A DNA stretch of 56,645 bases from contig JAKLKB010000029.1 in the NCBI GenBank assembly GCA_023150835.1, forward strand, positions 1 through 56,645, read 5' to 3'. Source of the DNA: Myxococcota bacterium (GTDB taxonomy: Bacteria > Myxococcota_C > UBA6777). The notes under the pieces are model-generated. The model made no database searches, was not told where the DNA came from, and was given only the letters and a program-made list of their open reading frames with translations. A program made the position numbers and the translations under genes. Shown piece by piece: positions 30,092 to 38,162 of this stretch; position 1 is the first letter of the stretch; each line of letters starts with the position of its first letter.

Positions 30092-30402
30092 GCCATGCCA
30101 CGCTTTCGATGGGGCTCTTTGCTCTGTTGCTCAAGCTCTCGAAGGCTTGTGATCTCTGGGGATTCAAACAACGCCATGAATTCTTCTAATCGGCCCAATG
30201 CCCAAGCCAATCGAAGCAGATTTTGTAATGATATCCGACCTGTTGCTTCAAACCTTCGCAAGGAACCAAGTGAAACGCCTGATCGCAGAGCGAGCGTTGT
30301 TTGTTTCCAGTTGGCTGCCAAGCGCAAAGCACGCATTCGAGATGCCAGACCTTCTTCCACTTGCTTCATCGTGATCAGTTCATAGGGAGAAGAGTTCATC
30401 AC
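30088..30402 (-). CDS. XRE-family HTH protein (HipB-like antitoxin)
   Basis: MRALRLAANWKQTTLALRSGVSLGSLRRFEATG; ATGA overlap with hipA. Confidence 0.88.
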   Translation of the reverse strand: MMNSSPYELITMKQVEEGLASRMRALRLAANWKQTTLALRSGVSLGSLRRFEATGRISLQNLLRLAWALGRLEEFMALFESPEITSLRELEQQSKEPHRKRGMA

Positions 30403-30433
30403 CCGCTTGCCTTTCGTGTCGTTTTCTTTAATC

Positions 30434-30479
30434 GCTCATATTTTGATTATTATGCTCAAAAATGAACCCGAAGCGTCAA
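30434..30479 (-). promoter_or_regulatory. candidate promoter/operator of the HTH-hipA operon
   Basis: AT-rich imperfect inverted repeat GCTCATATTTTGA-N9-TCAAAAATGAAC overlapping minus-strand TTGACG-N19-CATAAT (spacing is long). Confidence 0.4.
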
Positions 30480-30512
30480 CATAATAGCGATTAGCGGAAT
30501 TGAGTTCAACAG

Positions 30513-30660
30513 AAGAGCGACGCGATAGACGAAAAACCCCGAGTTCGCGCTGTTTCAAGCGACAGGGTCGTTGATTTGAAAAACAGTGATCTCTTCGCCC
30601 TCACAGGGTTAAGGGGGCCGAGACCGATAGCGGAGTTTGGGGAAGCGCCCGACAAAACAA
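30513..30660 (+). mobile_element. MITE-like element family B, copy 4
   Basis: GCGACGCGATAGACGAAAAACCCCGAGTTCGCGC...TTTGAAAAACAGTG...GGGTTAAGGGGGCCG...GGGGAAGCGCCCGACAAAA. Confidence 0.5.
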
Positions 30661-30707
30661 ACCGAACGGTGCAAGGCCCCATCTATCGGCGGAAAAGCAA
30701 GCCGCAG

Positions 30708-32594
30708 TTATTCGTCGCGTTGGATGGCAGGCCAAGGCCCGGGGCGGAGGGGTGGTTTGTGAGGGCAGCGGCGGTGGCGGGTGCGGCAGGCTTTGGCTGC
30801 GATCTGCCAAAAGCGTCGGCGCATCGGTCGATAACAGCGTTGGGGGAGAACCAAGCCACAGTCACGCAGAGAAAGCCCGAGCGAAGAGCAAGCCTGTATT
30901 TGAAACCCCCATAGAGAGGGCATCTTGGCGCATGGAATCGAATCATCGGGACGAAAGTGCAAGAAGCGTTGAGGATCGACGTGGCGCCCGCCGCGCATCA
31001 TCTCAAAGTGCAGATGGCATCCCGTCGCAAGGCCCGATGCACCGATATCTCCGATGCGTTGCCCGAGGCGTACACGTTGCCCACGCTGCACACGATAACG
31101 CGACAAGTGGAAGTAGCGCGTCACCCATCCTTGGGCGTGTCGAACAGACACCATACGCCCGGCCCCACCGCGCCAACCGCGTGTAATGACTTGGCCCGCT
31201 GCCACCGCAAACACAGGACGACCACATGGCAGACTGACATCGATTCCTCGGTGCATTCGGCGCTTTCGTAAAACAGGATGGTATCGCCAACCAAAACGAC
31301 TATTCACCCGATAAGGCCGCGTGGGTGGGCCAAAAAATCGGCGTTTGCGACGCCGCGTTCCATCGACGCGATACATCTGCTCGGGACCTCGCGGCCCCAA
31401 CAACACACCATGCAGCAACGTAAACACCCCGCTGCGCCGAGTTGCAAACCGCGCAAACAAGATCCGTCCGTACCCTGCGACACGTCCCGCCACTTGGATC
31501 TGTTCAAACCACACATCAAGGCGATCCTCGGGAAAGAGCTTGCCGACAGGGTGGTATTTTTGGAAGGTATGCGCCACACGCAAGGCCAGTTCTGCGCCCT
31601 CCCCTGCTTGTTGAACTCCTGCGCTGACGCTGGGTGTACGAGACGAGATGCGCAAACGCAGTTCTCGCCGCACCAGCCGCTCCTGTACTTCGAGCTTTTG
31701 TGTAAACAAGCTCCACTCGGCCTTCTCGTCGGCCTCTTTTTGTTTGTCCGCAAGATGCTCATCGCAGCGCTGCCCTTTCCAACACACCGTGATCCACCAC
31801 TCGTTGAGCAGGTCTTTGTGCCAGATCAAGCGCATCAGTCGGCCTTTTTTGTCAAACACAGCTTCGGCCTGATTTCCGGGGCGGATCGAGCGCAACTCGA
31901 CAAACTCCGCGAGTTCATCACGGATCTCGACACGCAAACGCGCAGGCTCGATCCGTAGCCGTTCTCGAAGCACCCGATCCAGCGTATCTCCCGACTTTAA
32001 CGTCACCCGAGTGCGCCGCCCTTGATGCTGCCGCAAAAAGGCTTCATCGCTATTATCGTCCTCCATAGCACGCTTGATCTTGCCCTTGGGACGGACCTCT
32101 GGTTCGGATCTGATAGCCCCAAAAGGCGTCGAAGGTACTGGCTTGTTTGGCGAAGCTTGAGGCCGCGTCGGATCTGTCGGTGGGGAGGCTTGAGGCCGCG
32201 TCGGATCTGTCGGTGGGGAGGCTTGAGGCCGCGTCGGATCTGTCGGTGGGGAGGCTTGAGGCCGCGTCGGCTCTGTCGGTGAAGACGGCGAGGGTTGGGG
32301 CGTTTTCGGATCATGAGCGTGGCGAGTACGGGGAGGCGGTGGTTGAAGAACGCGCTCAAACCAAGGCAGAAGGTTGCGGATCGGCGGAGGCCAACGGCGC
32401 GCAGATGGCCTAGCATCGGTCGATTCGGCGTGTTTCGGTGCGCTTGATGTGTTTGAGGGTGGGGGATGCTTTGAGGGAGGCGAGTTTTTTGCGAGAGGCG
32501 TCTGGCGAGCCTCAGCGGGATCTTGCGGTTGCATCGGTGTTTCTTGCAAGCACCCCCACAGCCAGACACAACATCCCAACCAAAAAAGAACCAT
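30708..32594 (-). CDS. M23-family peptidoglycan endopeptidase (MepM-like), lipoprotein
   Basis: SRFGWRYHPV...HRGID, YFHLS, TGCHLHFE, VDP; lipobox-like LWGC; 33-bp repeat (QASPPTDPTRP) at about 32155-32282. Confidence 0.9.
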   Translation of the reverse strand: MVLFWLGCCVWLWGCLQETPMQPQDPAEARQTPLAKNSPPSKHPPPSNTSSAPKHAESTDARPSARRWPPPIRNLLPWFERVLQPPPPRTRHAHDPKTPQPSPSSPTEPTRPQASPPTDPTRPQASPPTDPTRPQASPPTDPTRPQASPNKPVPSTPFGAIRSEPEVRPKGKIKRAMEDDNSDEAFLRQHQGRRTRVTLKSGDTLDRVLRERLRIEPARLRVEIRDELAEFVELRSIRPGNQAEAVFDKKGRLMRLIWHKDLLNEWWITVCWKGQRCDEHLADKQKEADEKAEWSLFTQKLEVQERLVRRELRLRISSRTPSVSAGVQQAGEGAELALRVAHTFQKYHPVGKLFPEDRLDVWFEQIQVAGRVAGYGRILFARFATRRSGVFTLLHGVLLGPRGPEQMYRVDGTRRRKRRFFGPPTRPYRVNSRFGWRYHPVLRKRRMHRGIDVSLPCGRPVFAVAAGQVITRGWRGGAGRMVSVRHAQGWVTRYFHLSRYRVQRGQRVRLGQRIGDIGASGLATGCHLHFEMMRGGRHVDPQRFLHFRPDDSIPCAKMPSLWGFQIQACSSLGLSLRDCGLVLPQRCYRPMRRRFWQIAAKACRTRHRRCPHKPPLRPGPWPAIQRDE

Positions 32595-32651
32595 CCTTTG
32601 TTCTTGTACAGGCAACGTCGCTCCTCCACAGGACAGGAATTCAACTCTTTG

Positions 32652-32774
32652 TACGATAATCCGAGCAAAGTGTGGTTGTAAGGGTCGATGCGATCCGCTG
32701 TAGACGCCCTGTTGTTGGGCAGTCACGGGGGGCTGTCCCTACGTTTTGCGATCACACACCCTGCGGATTTCGTA
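32652..32774 (+). mobile_element. MITE-like element family A, copy 5
   Basis: TACGATAATCCGAG...GTAGACGCCC...GGGCAGTCACGGGGGGCTGTCCCTAC...CGGATTTCGTA; abuts the xerC stop codon. Confidence 0.65.
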
Positions 32775-33887
32775 TCAGGGACCGGGCTTGACGTGTGCGC
32801 GAGGGTGCGCGGCATTGTACACCTTCATCAGCGCGGCGACATCGAGATGTGTGTAACGCTGCGTGGTAGAGAGGCTTTCATGGCCGAGCAGATCTTGGAT
32901 CTCTCGGATATCGGCCCCTGCCTCCAACAGATGCGTCGCAAAGCTGTGCCGTAATCCATGCGGACTGATTCGACACCGCGTTGCCGCTGACAACACGCAT
33001 TGATCGACGATCCGACGCACGCTGCGATCCGTCAAGCGCCCACCTTTGTAATTCAAAAACAGCGCAGATGGCATCACTTCCGCAGGATCTCCTGCCTCCA
33101 AAAGCTCCCCGCGCCGATCCAGATAATCCCGCAACGCCTCCCGAGCAAACCTCCCCACAGGGATCAGCCGCTCTTTACGGCGCTTTCCAAAAAGCCTTAC
33201 CATACCATCCGAAGAAAAGGCATCCAGATCCAATCCCACCAACTCGCTCACCCGCGCCCCTGTCGCATACAACAACTCCAAGATCGCCCGATCACGTAGC
33301 CCCAAAACATTCGTACGATCAGGAACCTCCAACAGCCGCTCGACGTCTCCGCGTTCCAAATAGCGCGGCAAAAGCTTAGGCGCACGCGGGTTGTCGATCA
33401 CATCCATCGGATTAACCTCCAGCGCTTCGCTTCGCATCAAGTAGCGAAAAAAGCTACGAAAACAGCTTAGTTTGCGCTTCGTCGTGGTGGCGGCCATCTG
33501 TTGTTCATGTAGCAGAGAGAGAAATCCTCGGATATGAAAGCGCGTAATCCCTGTCACTTCGGGTACTTCAAAGGAATCAAGGTACGCAAGAAAGTCTTGG
33601 AGATCGCGCCCATAAGCGCGCAGCGTATGTTCCGAAGCTTGGCGTCCTGCGCGTTCGTAGTCCAAAAACCGACCCAACCAACCATCCCAAACAGGAGACA
33701 AAGCCGCCTCCCGAAAGGTCTCTAAAGCGCTTTGCGCAGCCAAGCCACGCTCCGATAATTTTTTGCGGAGACGTTTGGGCGGAAGCCCCCCCCCAGCGGT
33801 CGGCACATTCGGAGCTTGCAGCGCACGGATCGCAGCCCGTTGGCGCAACTTTTCTTCTGCAGAAAGGGTCGTGTTGTCATCTCTCAT
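32775..33887 (-). CDS. xerC: tyrosine recombinase XerC
   Basis: SEHTLRAYGRDL, LPRYL, ELLYATGARVSEL, GKRRKER, SPHGLRHSFATHLL, LLGHESLSTTQRYTH, YNAAHPRA. Confidence 0.88.
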   Translation of the reverse strand: MRDDNTTLSAEEKLRQRAAIRALQAPNVPTAGGGLPPKRLRKKLSERGLAAQSALETFREAALSPVWDGWLGRFLDYERAGRQASEHTLRAYGRDLQDFLAYLDSFEVPEVTGITRFHIRGFLSLLHEQQMAATTTKRKLSCFRSFFRYLMRSEALEVNPMDVIDNPRAPKLLPRYLERGDVERLLEVPDRTNVLGLRDRAILELLYATGARVSELVGLDLDAFSSDGMVRLFGKRRKERLIPVGRFAREALRDYLDRRGELLEAGDPAEVMPSALFLNYKGGRLTDRSVRRIVDQCVLSAATRCRISPHGLRHSFATHLLEAGADIREIQDLLGHESLSTTQRYTHLDVAALMKVYNAAHPRAHVKPGP

Positions 33888-34254
33888 GCACATCGCTCCC
33901 ACAGCAAAACAAAAAAGATGGAAAAGATCGCTCACTTGGCGCATCAAGGAGTGCGCAGGCGCAACGGCATCTTACGAAACCCCGTTCTGGCGCACAAAAT
34001 TTCCACATTTCTCTCAACACCTCACCACGCCGATTGATGGGCGAAAGCCCAACCAAAAAAGATCTCAAACGGCATCGGTCGCTGCTTGGTTTTGGCCTCT
34101 TTGTTGCCAAAGCGGTTTTGGCAGCAGAGAGGTCAAAGCCTCACGAAAAGAAATCTCGAAGGGAGCTCCCTTCTTGTGATACGCTTCGGAAAAGATTCCC
34201 CCAACGCGGCGTCCCCATGACCCGCAAGGTTGCTTGCAACGGAAGGATAAAGCA

Positions 34255-37200
34255 ATGCGTAGGCAAAGAACGCGAGACTTTTTGAAATGGCTTCCTCTCT
34301 TGTTTGGTTTGTTATTGATGGCCGCTTCTGCGGGTGGATGTGGGTGCGACGACAAGTCCACGGGCGAAAACACCGAAAGCACCGAGATATCGACCGATGG
34401 CGGAACCGAAAAGATCATCAAGGAGAACGAACCCGAATTCGACGGCACTTGCTCCAAACGCTGCGATTGTCCGCAAGGTCAAGAATGTAGCGAAGGGAAG
34501 TGCGTTTCCACCACGACTCCTGTGTATTGCTGCGATCGAGACGGCTGCCCTGTCGGCCAAGCCTGCAACGATCACGAAGACAAGCCAAGCGTCTGTGCCG
34601 CCCGCCAAACCTGCAAACATTCATGTGATTGCAAGCAAGGTCTCGGATGCGTCGATGGTTTCTGTACAGCGACACGCAATCCAACGTATTGTTGCGAGCG
34701 CATCGGCTGCCCGCCGGGACAAGCTTGCGAGTCCGCACGCGGCGGACAAAAAACCTGTGGCGATGAAGGTGCGGCTTGCAACACAGCGTGCGATTGCATC
34801 GCAGGGATCGCCTGCACCAACGGCCAATGTACACGAACAGGCCAGCTTGTGTACTGTTGCGAAGACACCAACTGCCCAACGGGCCAACGCTGCCAAAACC
34901 GAAAAGGCGGCTACGATCTTTGCCAACAACAACAAGCCTGCAAAACCGCTTGTGATTGCAACGCCGGCCAAGCCTGCAACAGCGGCAAGTGCGAGTCCCA
35001 ACCGATCCCTGTCTATTGTTGCGACAAGCCCGATGCTTGCCCCGCAGGTCAAGTGTGCGATCGCTCCGATGGGCAACGCGACAAATGCCCCTCGCAAGTC
35101 CAATGCAAAAGCCCTTGTGACTGCGCCCAAGGCCAAGACTGCCAAAATGGCCGTTGCGTGGTCAACCCTTTCCCTGTCTATTGTTGCCGACTGGCGGGAT
35201 GCCCGCCCAACGCCGAATGCGCCAACCCCGATGGATCGAAAGGAACGTGCAGCACACCTTCTTGCCAAGGCGATGCCGACTGTGGAAGACCGACTTGCGC
35301 CCAAGCGGGCGATCGCTGTAGCCAAGTCAGGCCCACTTGCCAACGCGGGATCTGCACCAACAGCGTCAACGAAGGCCCGGGCGTTTGCGACCCCAACAAC
35401 GGAACTTGCCGCCTTGAAAGCCAATGCAAAGTCGACTGCGATTGCCCTCAAAGCCAAGCCTGTGTCGACGGCAAGTGCGAGATCACCCCGCCCGGCGGGC
35501 GCCCCACATATTGCTGCATCAAGCCGGGATGCCCCACAGGCCAATCTTGCGTCCAACCCAACGGAACACGCGGCCTCTGCCCCAGCGCCAAGTGCCAGAT
35601 CCCCGAAGACTGCGGCCCACCCACCTGCCAATCTCTCGGAACAGACTGTGTCCAATTTAAGCCCTTTTGCGATGATTCCGGTCAATGCGGCACTTCACGC
35701 GGTGCTGTTTCGGTCAATTCGCTTTGTGGACCCGACGGGATCTGTGGCCCCGCTCCGATCCAATGCAAGACGCCTTGCGATTGCGCCCAAGGCCAAAACT
35801 GTCTGAACAATCGCTGCATCACCGATCCTTCGGCTCCAATGTACTGCTGTGAAAACCCGGGATGTCCCCCCGGGGCCAAGTGCATCGATCGCGCCGGTCA
35901 AGGCTCCAGTTGCAAACAGGTCTCTTGCCGCAGCGATGCCGACTGTGGCGGCACGATCTGCCGAAACGCCGGAAACGACTGTATCCAAGAAAGTTTCCGA
36001 TGCGACATCGCCCAAGGCCAGTGCTTCGGAAGCGGAAGCGTCCAAGGCAACGCGATCTGCGATGCCGCCACCAACACTTGCAAACCGCGTACAGCCCAAT
36101 GTCGCGCCGATAGCGATTGTGGCGCTCCATCCTGCCGACAAAATGGACAACTTTGTCAACAAACGATCCCTGCTTGCAGCAACGGAACTTGCATCGGCAC
36201 AGGAAGCTCGACAGTCGGCACTTGTGCGCCCGATGGCAAGTGCCAAACCGCGACATTCTGCCGGATCTCTTGCGACTGCCCACAAGGCCAGTCTTGCCAA
36301 GCCTCTCCCGTCGGAACGGGCGTTTGCGTCCAAAGCAACCCACCCACTTACTGCTGCGACAAAGCAGGCTGCCCTGCGGGTGAAAAGTGCATCAATACCC
36401 AAAACCAAGGCGGTTTGTGCAAAGGCTCCTGCCTCAGCGCTTGCGATTGCCCCGCAGGACAGGACTGCATCAACGGCGCTTGTAGCAGCACCACCCCTGC
36501 CGTGTACTGCTGTGACAACCCCTCGCAATGTCCCGCAGGTGCGGCCTGTCGAGACAAAGCAGGCACACTCAAGACTTGCCCCCAAGTCCAACGCAAGTGC
36601 AACTCACCCTGCGATTGCGTCCAAGGCGAAGCCTGCGCGGGCGGATTCTGTGCCACGACCACCAAGCCTGTGTACTGCTGTACCGCCGCTGGATGCCCCG
36701 CTGGTTCCGAGTGTTTCGACAAAAACAACTTGCGCGGCACTTGCCCCCGACCCTGCACCACAAACTGCGACTGTAACCAAGGCGAACGCTGCGTCCAAGG
36801 CGCTTGTACCGCCCAATTTGGCGTAGGTTATTGCTGCTCCAAACCCGGATGCCCCGCCAACCAAGTCTGCTACAACACCAACGGCTCTTCGGGCCGATGC
36901 CCTGTTGCTTCCTGTACTTCGGCTTGCAACTGCACCCAAGGCGACGATTGCCGCAACGGCACTTGTACCCGCGTCTTCCCGCCTGTGTACTGTTGCTCGA
37001 ACACCAACTGCCCCACAGGATCGGCCTGTATCAACACCAGCGGCCAGTGGTCCACTTGCGGCGGACAACCCGCTTGCACCTCCGCATGCGATTGTAACCA
37101 AGGCGAAGACTGCTATCGAGGCCAGTGCATCCGCACCTCCCCCGCCACGTACTGTTGCGAAAAAACAGGATGCCCCTCTGGAACCGCATGCTTCGATAGC

Positions 37201-37584
37201 AAGGGACAATCTGGCGTTTGCCCGGGTGTCCAATGCACCACCGCCTGCGACTGCAACGTCGGCCAAGCCTGCTTGCGTGGGCGATGTGTCTCGACCTCCC
37301 CAGCCACGTACTGTTGCGACAAAACCCCCTGTCCATCGGGCAATACCTGTGAAGACAAACTCGGCAACTTCAAAACTTGCCCCGGCAAAACGTGCAAAAA
37401 TGCTTGCGACTGCAACCAAGGCGAAGACTGCCGTGGTAGCGTCTGTTTGCGCGTCTCTCCTGCCGTCTTCTGTTGCTCCAAGCCCGGATGCGCCCCCAAC
37501 CAAACTTGCATCAACGTGGACGGCACTTCGGGCCGCTGCTCTTCCACCCCCCCTCCTCCCCCACCACCCGTCCCCTTCCCCTAA
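34255..37584 (+). CDS. large cysteine-rich repeat lipoprotein
   Basis: Signal peptide with AGGC lipobox; 15 ten-Cys repeats and 4 eight-Cys repeats; poly-Pro C-terminus. Confidence 0.85.
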   Translation: MRRQRTRDFLKWLPLLFGLLLMAASAGGCGCDDKSTGENTESTEISTDGGTEKIIKENEPEFDGTCSKRCDCPQGQECSEGKCVSTTTPVYCCDRDGCPVGQACNDHEDKPSVCAARQTCKHSCDCKQGLGCVDGFCTATRNPTYCCERIGCPPGQACESARGGQKTCGDEGAACNTACDCIAGIACTNGQCTRTGQLVYCCEDTNCPTGQRCQNRKGGYDLCQQQQACKTACDCNAGQACNSGKCESQPIPVYCCDKPDACPAGQVCDRSDGQRDKCPSQVQCKSPCDCAQGQDCQNGRCVVNPFPVYCCRLAGCPPNAECANPDGSKGTCSTPSCQGDADCGRPTCAQAGDRCSQVRPTCQRGICTNSVNEGPGVCDPNNGTCRLESQCKVDCDCPQSQACVDGKCEITPPGGRPTYCCIKPGCPTGQSCVQPNGTRGLCPSAKCQIPEDCGPPTCQSLGTDCVQFKPFCDDSGQCGTSRGAVSVNSLCGPDGICGPAPIQCKTPCDCAQGQNCLNNRCITDPSAPMYCCENPGCPPGAKCIDRAGQGSSCKQVSCRSDADCGGTICRNAGNDCIQESFRCDIAQGQCFGSGSVQGNAICDAATNTCKPRTAQCRADSDCGAPSCRQNGQLCQQTIPACSNGTCIGTGSSTVGTCAPDGKCQTATFCRISCDCPQGQSCQASPVGTGVCVQSNPPTYCCDKAGCPAGEKCINTQNQGGLCKGSCLSACDCPAGQDCINGACSSTTPAVYCCDNPSQCPAGAACRDKAGTLKTCPQVQRKCNSPCDCVQGEACAGGFCATTTKPVYCCTAAGCPAGSECFDKNNLRGTCPRPCTTNCDCNQGERCVQGACTAQFGVGYCCSKPGCPANQVCYNTNGSSGRCPVASCTSACNCTQGDDCRNGTCTRVFPPVYCCSNTNCPTGSACINTSGQWSTCGGQPACTSACDCNQGEDCYRGQCIRTSPATYCCEKTGCPSGTACFDSKGQSGVCPGVQCTTACDCNVGQACLRGRCVSTSPATYCCDKTPCPSGNTCEDKLGNFKTCPGKTCKNACDCNQGEDCRGSVCLRVSPAVFCCSKPGCAPNQTCINVDGTSGRCSSTPPPPPPPVPFP

Positions 37585-37643
37585 TCCGCTTCTGTCACCA
37601 GACCTCCCAAGCCGAAGGGCGAACTTCCTCCCCCACCCTTCCC

Positions 37644-37696
37644 CTCATCCGCCCTTTCCTCTCTGCGATGTTCGCCCGTCTTTCAGGGCGGATGAG
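37644..37696 (+). terminator. 12-bp stem downstream of the Cys-repeat gene
   Basis: CTCATCCGCCCT...AGGGCGGATGAG; large loop and no U-tract. Confidence 0.3.
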
Positions 37697-37789
37697 CATC
37701 AAAACGAAACATCGATCTCCCCTTCAATCCTCCCCCCGATATCCCCATTCACCCCGATTGGCTTGCCTCTTCCTTCTTTTTCGTGCTTA

Positions 37790-37901
37790 TACGATCTACG
37801 AGTGACGTGTACACAAAAAACAGCGCGTAGACGCCCTATTCTTGGGCAGCCACAGGGGGCTGCCCCTACATTTTGCGATCACACACCCTGCGGATTTCGT
37901 G
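37790..37901 (+). mobile_element. MITE-like element family A, copy 6
   Basis: TACGATCTACGAG...GTAGACGCCC...GGGCAGCCACAGGGGGCTGCCCCTAC...CGGATTTCGTG. Confidence 0.65.
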
Positions 37902-37940
37902 CTTAGTGAACAGCGATTTTCTTTTTTCTTGGTACAACGC

Positions 37941-38080
37941 GTTGACAAAAAGCCGTGTTCGAGGCAATTCAAACGAAGCTGCCGTTGTTTTGAAAAACGT
38001 CGATTCACCCCACCAACACGGGGTTAAGGGAGCCGCGACCTCTTGCGGGGTATCGGGGAGCACCCCACAAATCTACCCAA
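37941..38080 (+). mobile_element. MITE-like element family B, copy 5 (ends eroded)
   Basis: GTTGACAAAAAGCCGTGTTCG...TTGAAAAAC...ACGGGGTTAAGGGGAGCCGCG...CACCCCACAAATCT. Confidence 0.5.
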
Positions 38081-38084
38081 CAAT

Positions 38085-38157
38085 TTCGCTTCTCTTTGGG
38101 TGAAAGGTTCGCTTTTCTTTGGGTGAAAGGTTCGCTTCTCTTTGGGTGAAAGGTTCG
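38085..38157 (+). repeat. 23-bp tandem repeat x3 directly upstream of the NHL gene start
   Basis: TTCGCTTYTCTTTGGGTGAAAGG x3. Confidence 0.85.
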
Positions 38158-38162
38158 GATTT

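Noticed and set aside
32775..33887. Prophage or island integrase
   Set aside because: The motifs and the YxxAHPRA C-terminus fit housekeeping XerC; there are no phage or conjugation genes.
34255..37584. Multiheme cytochrome or RiPP precursor
   Set aside because: Repeats lack CxxCH motifs, and no modifying enzymes are nearby.
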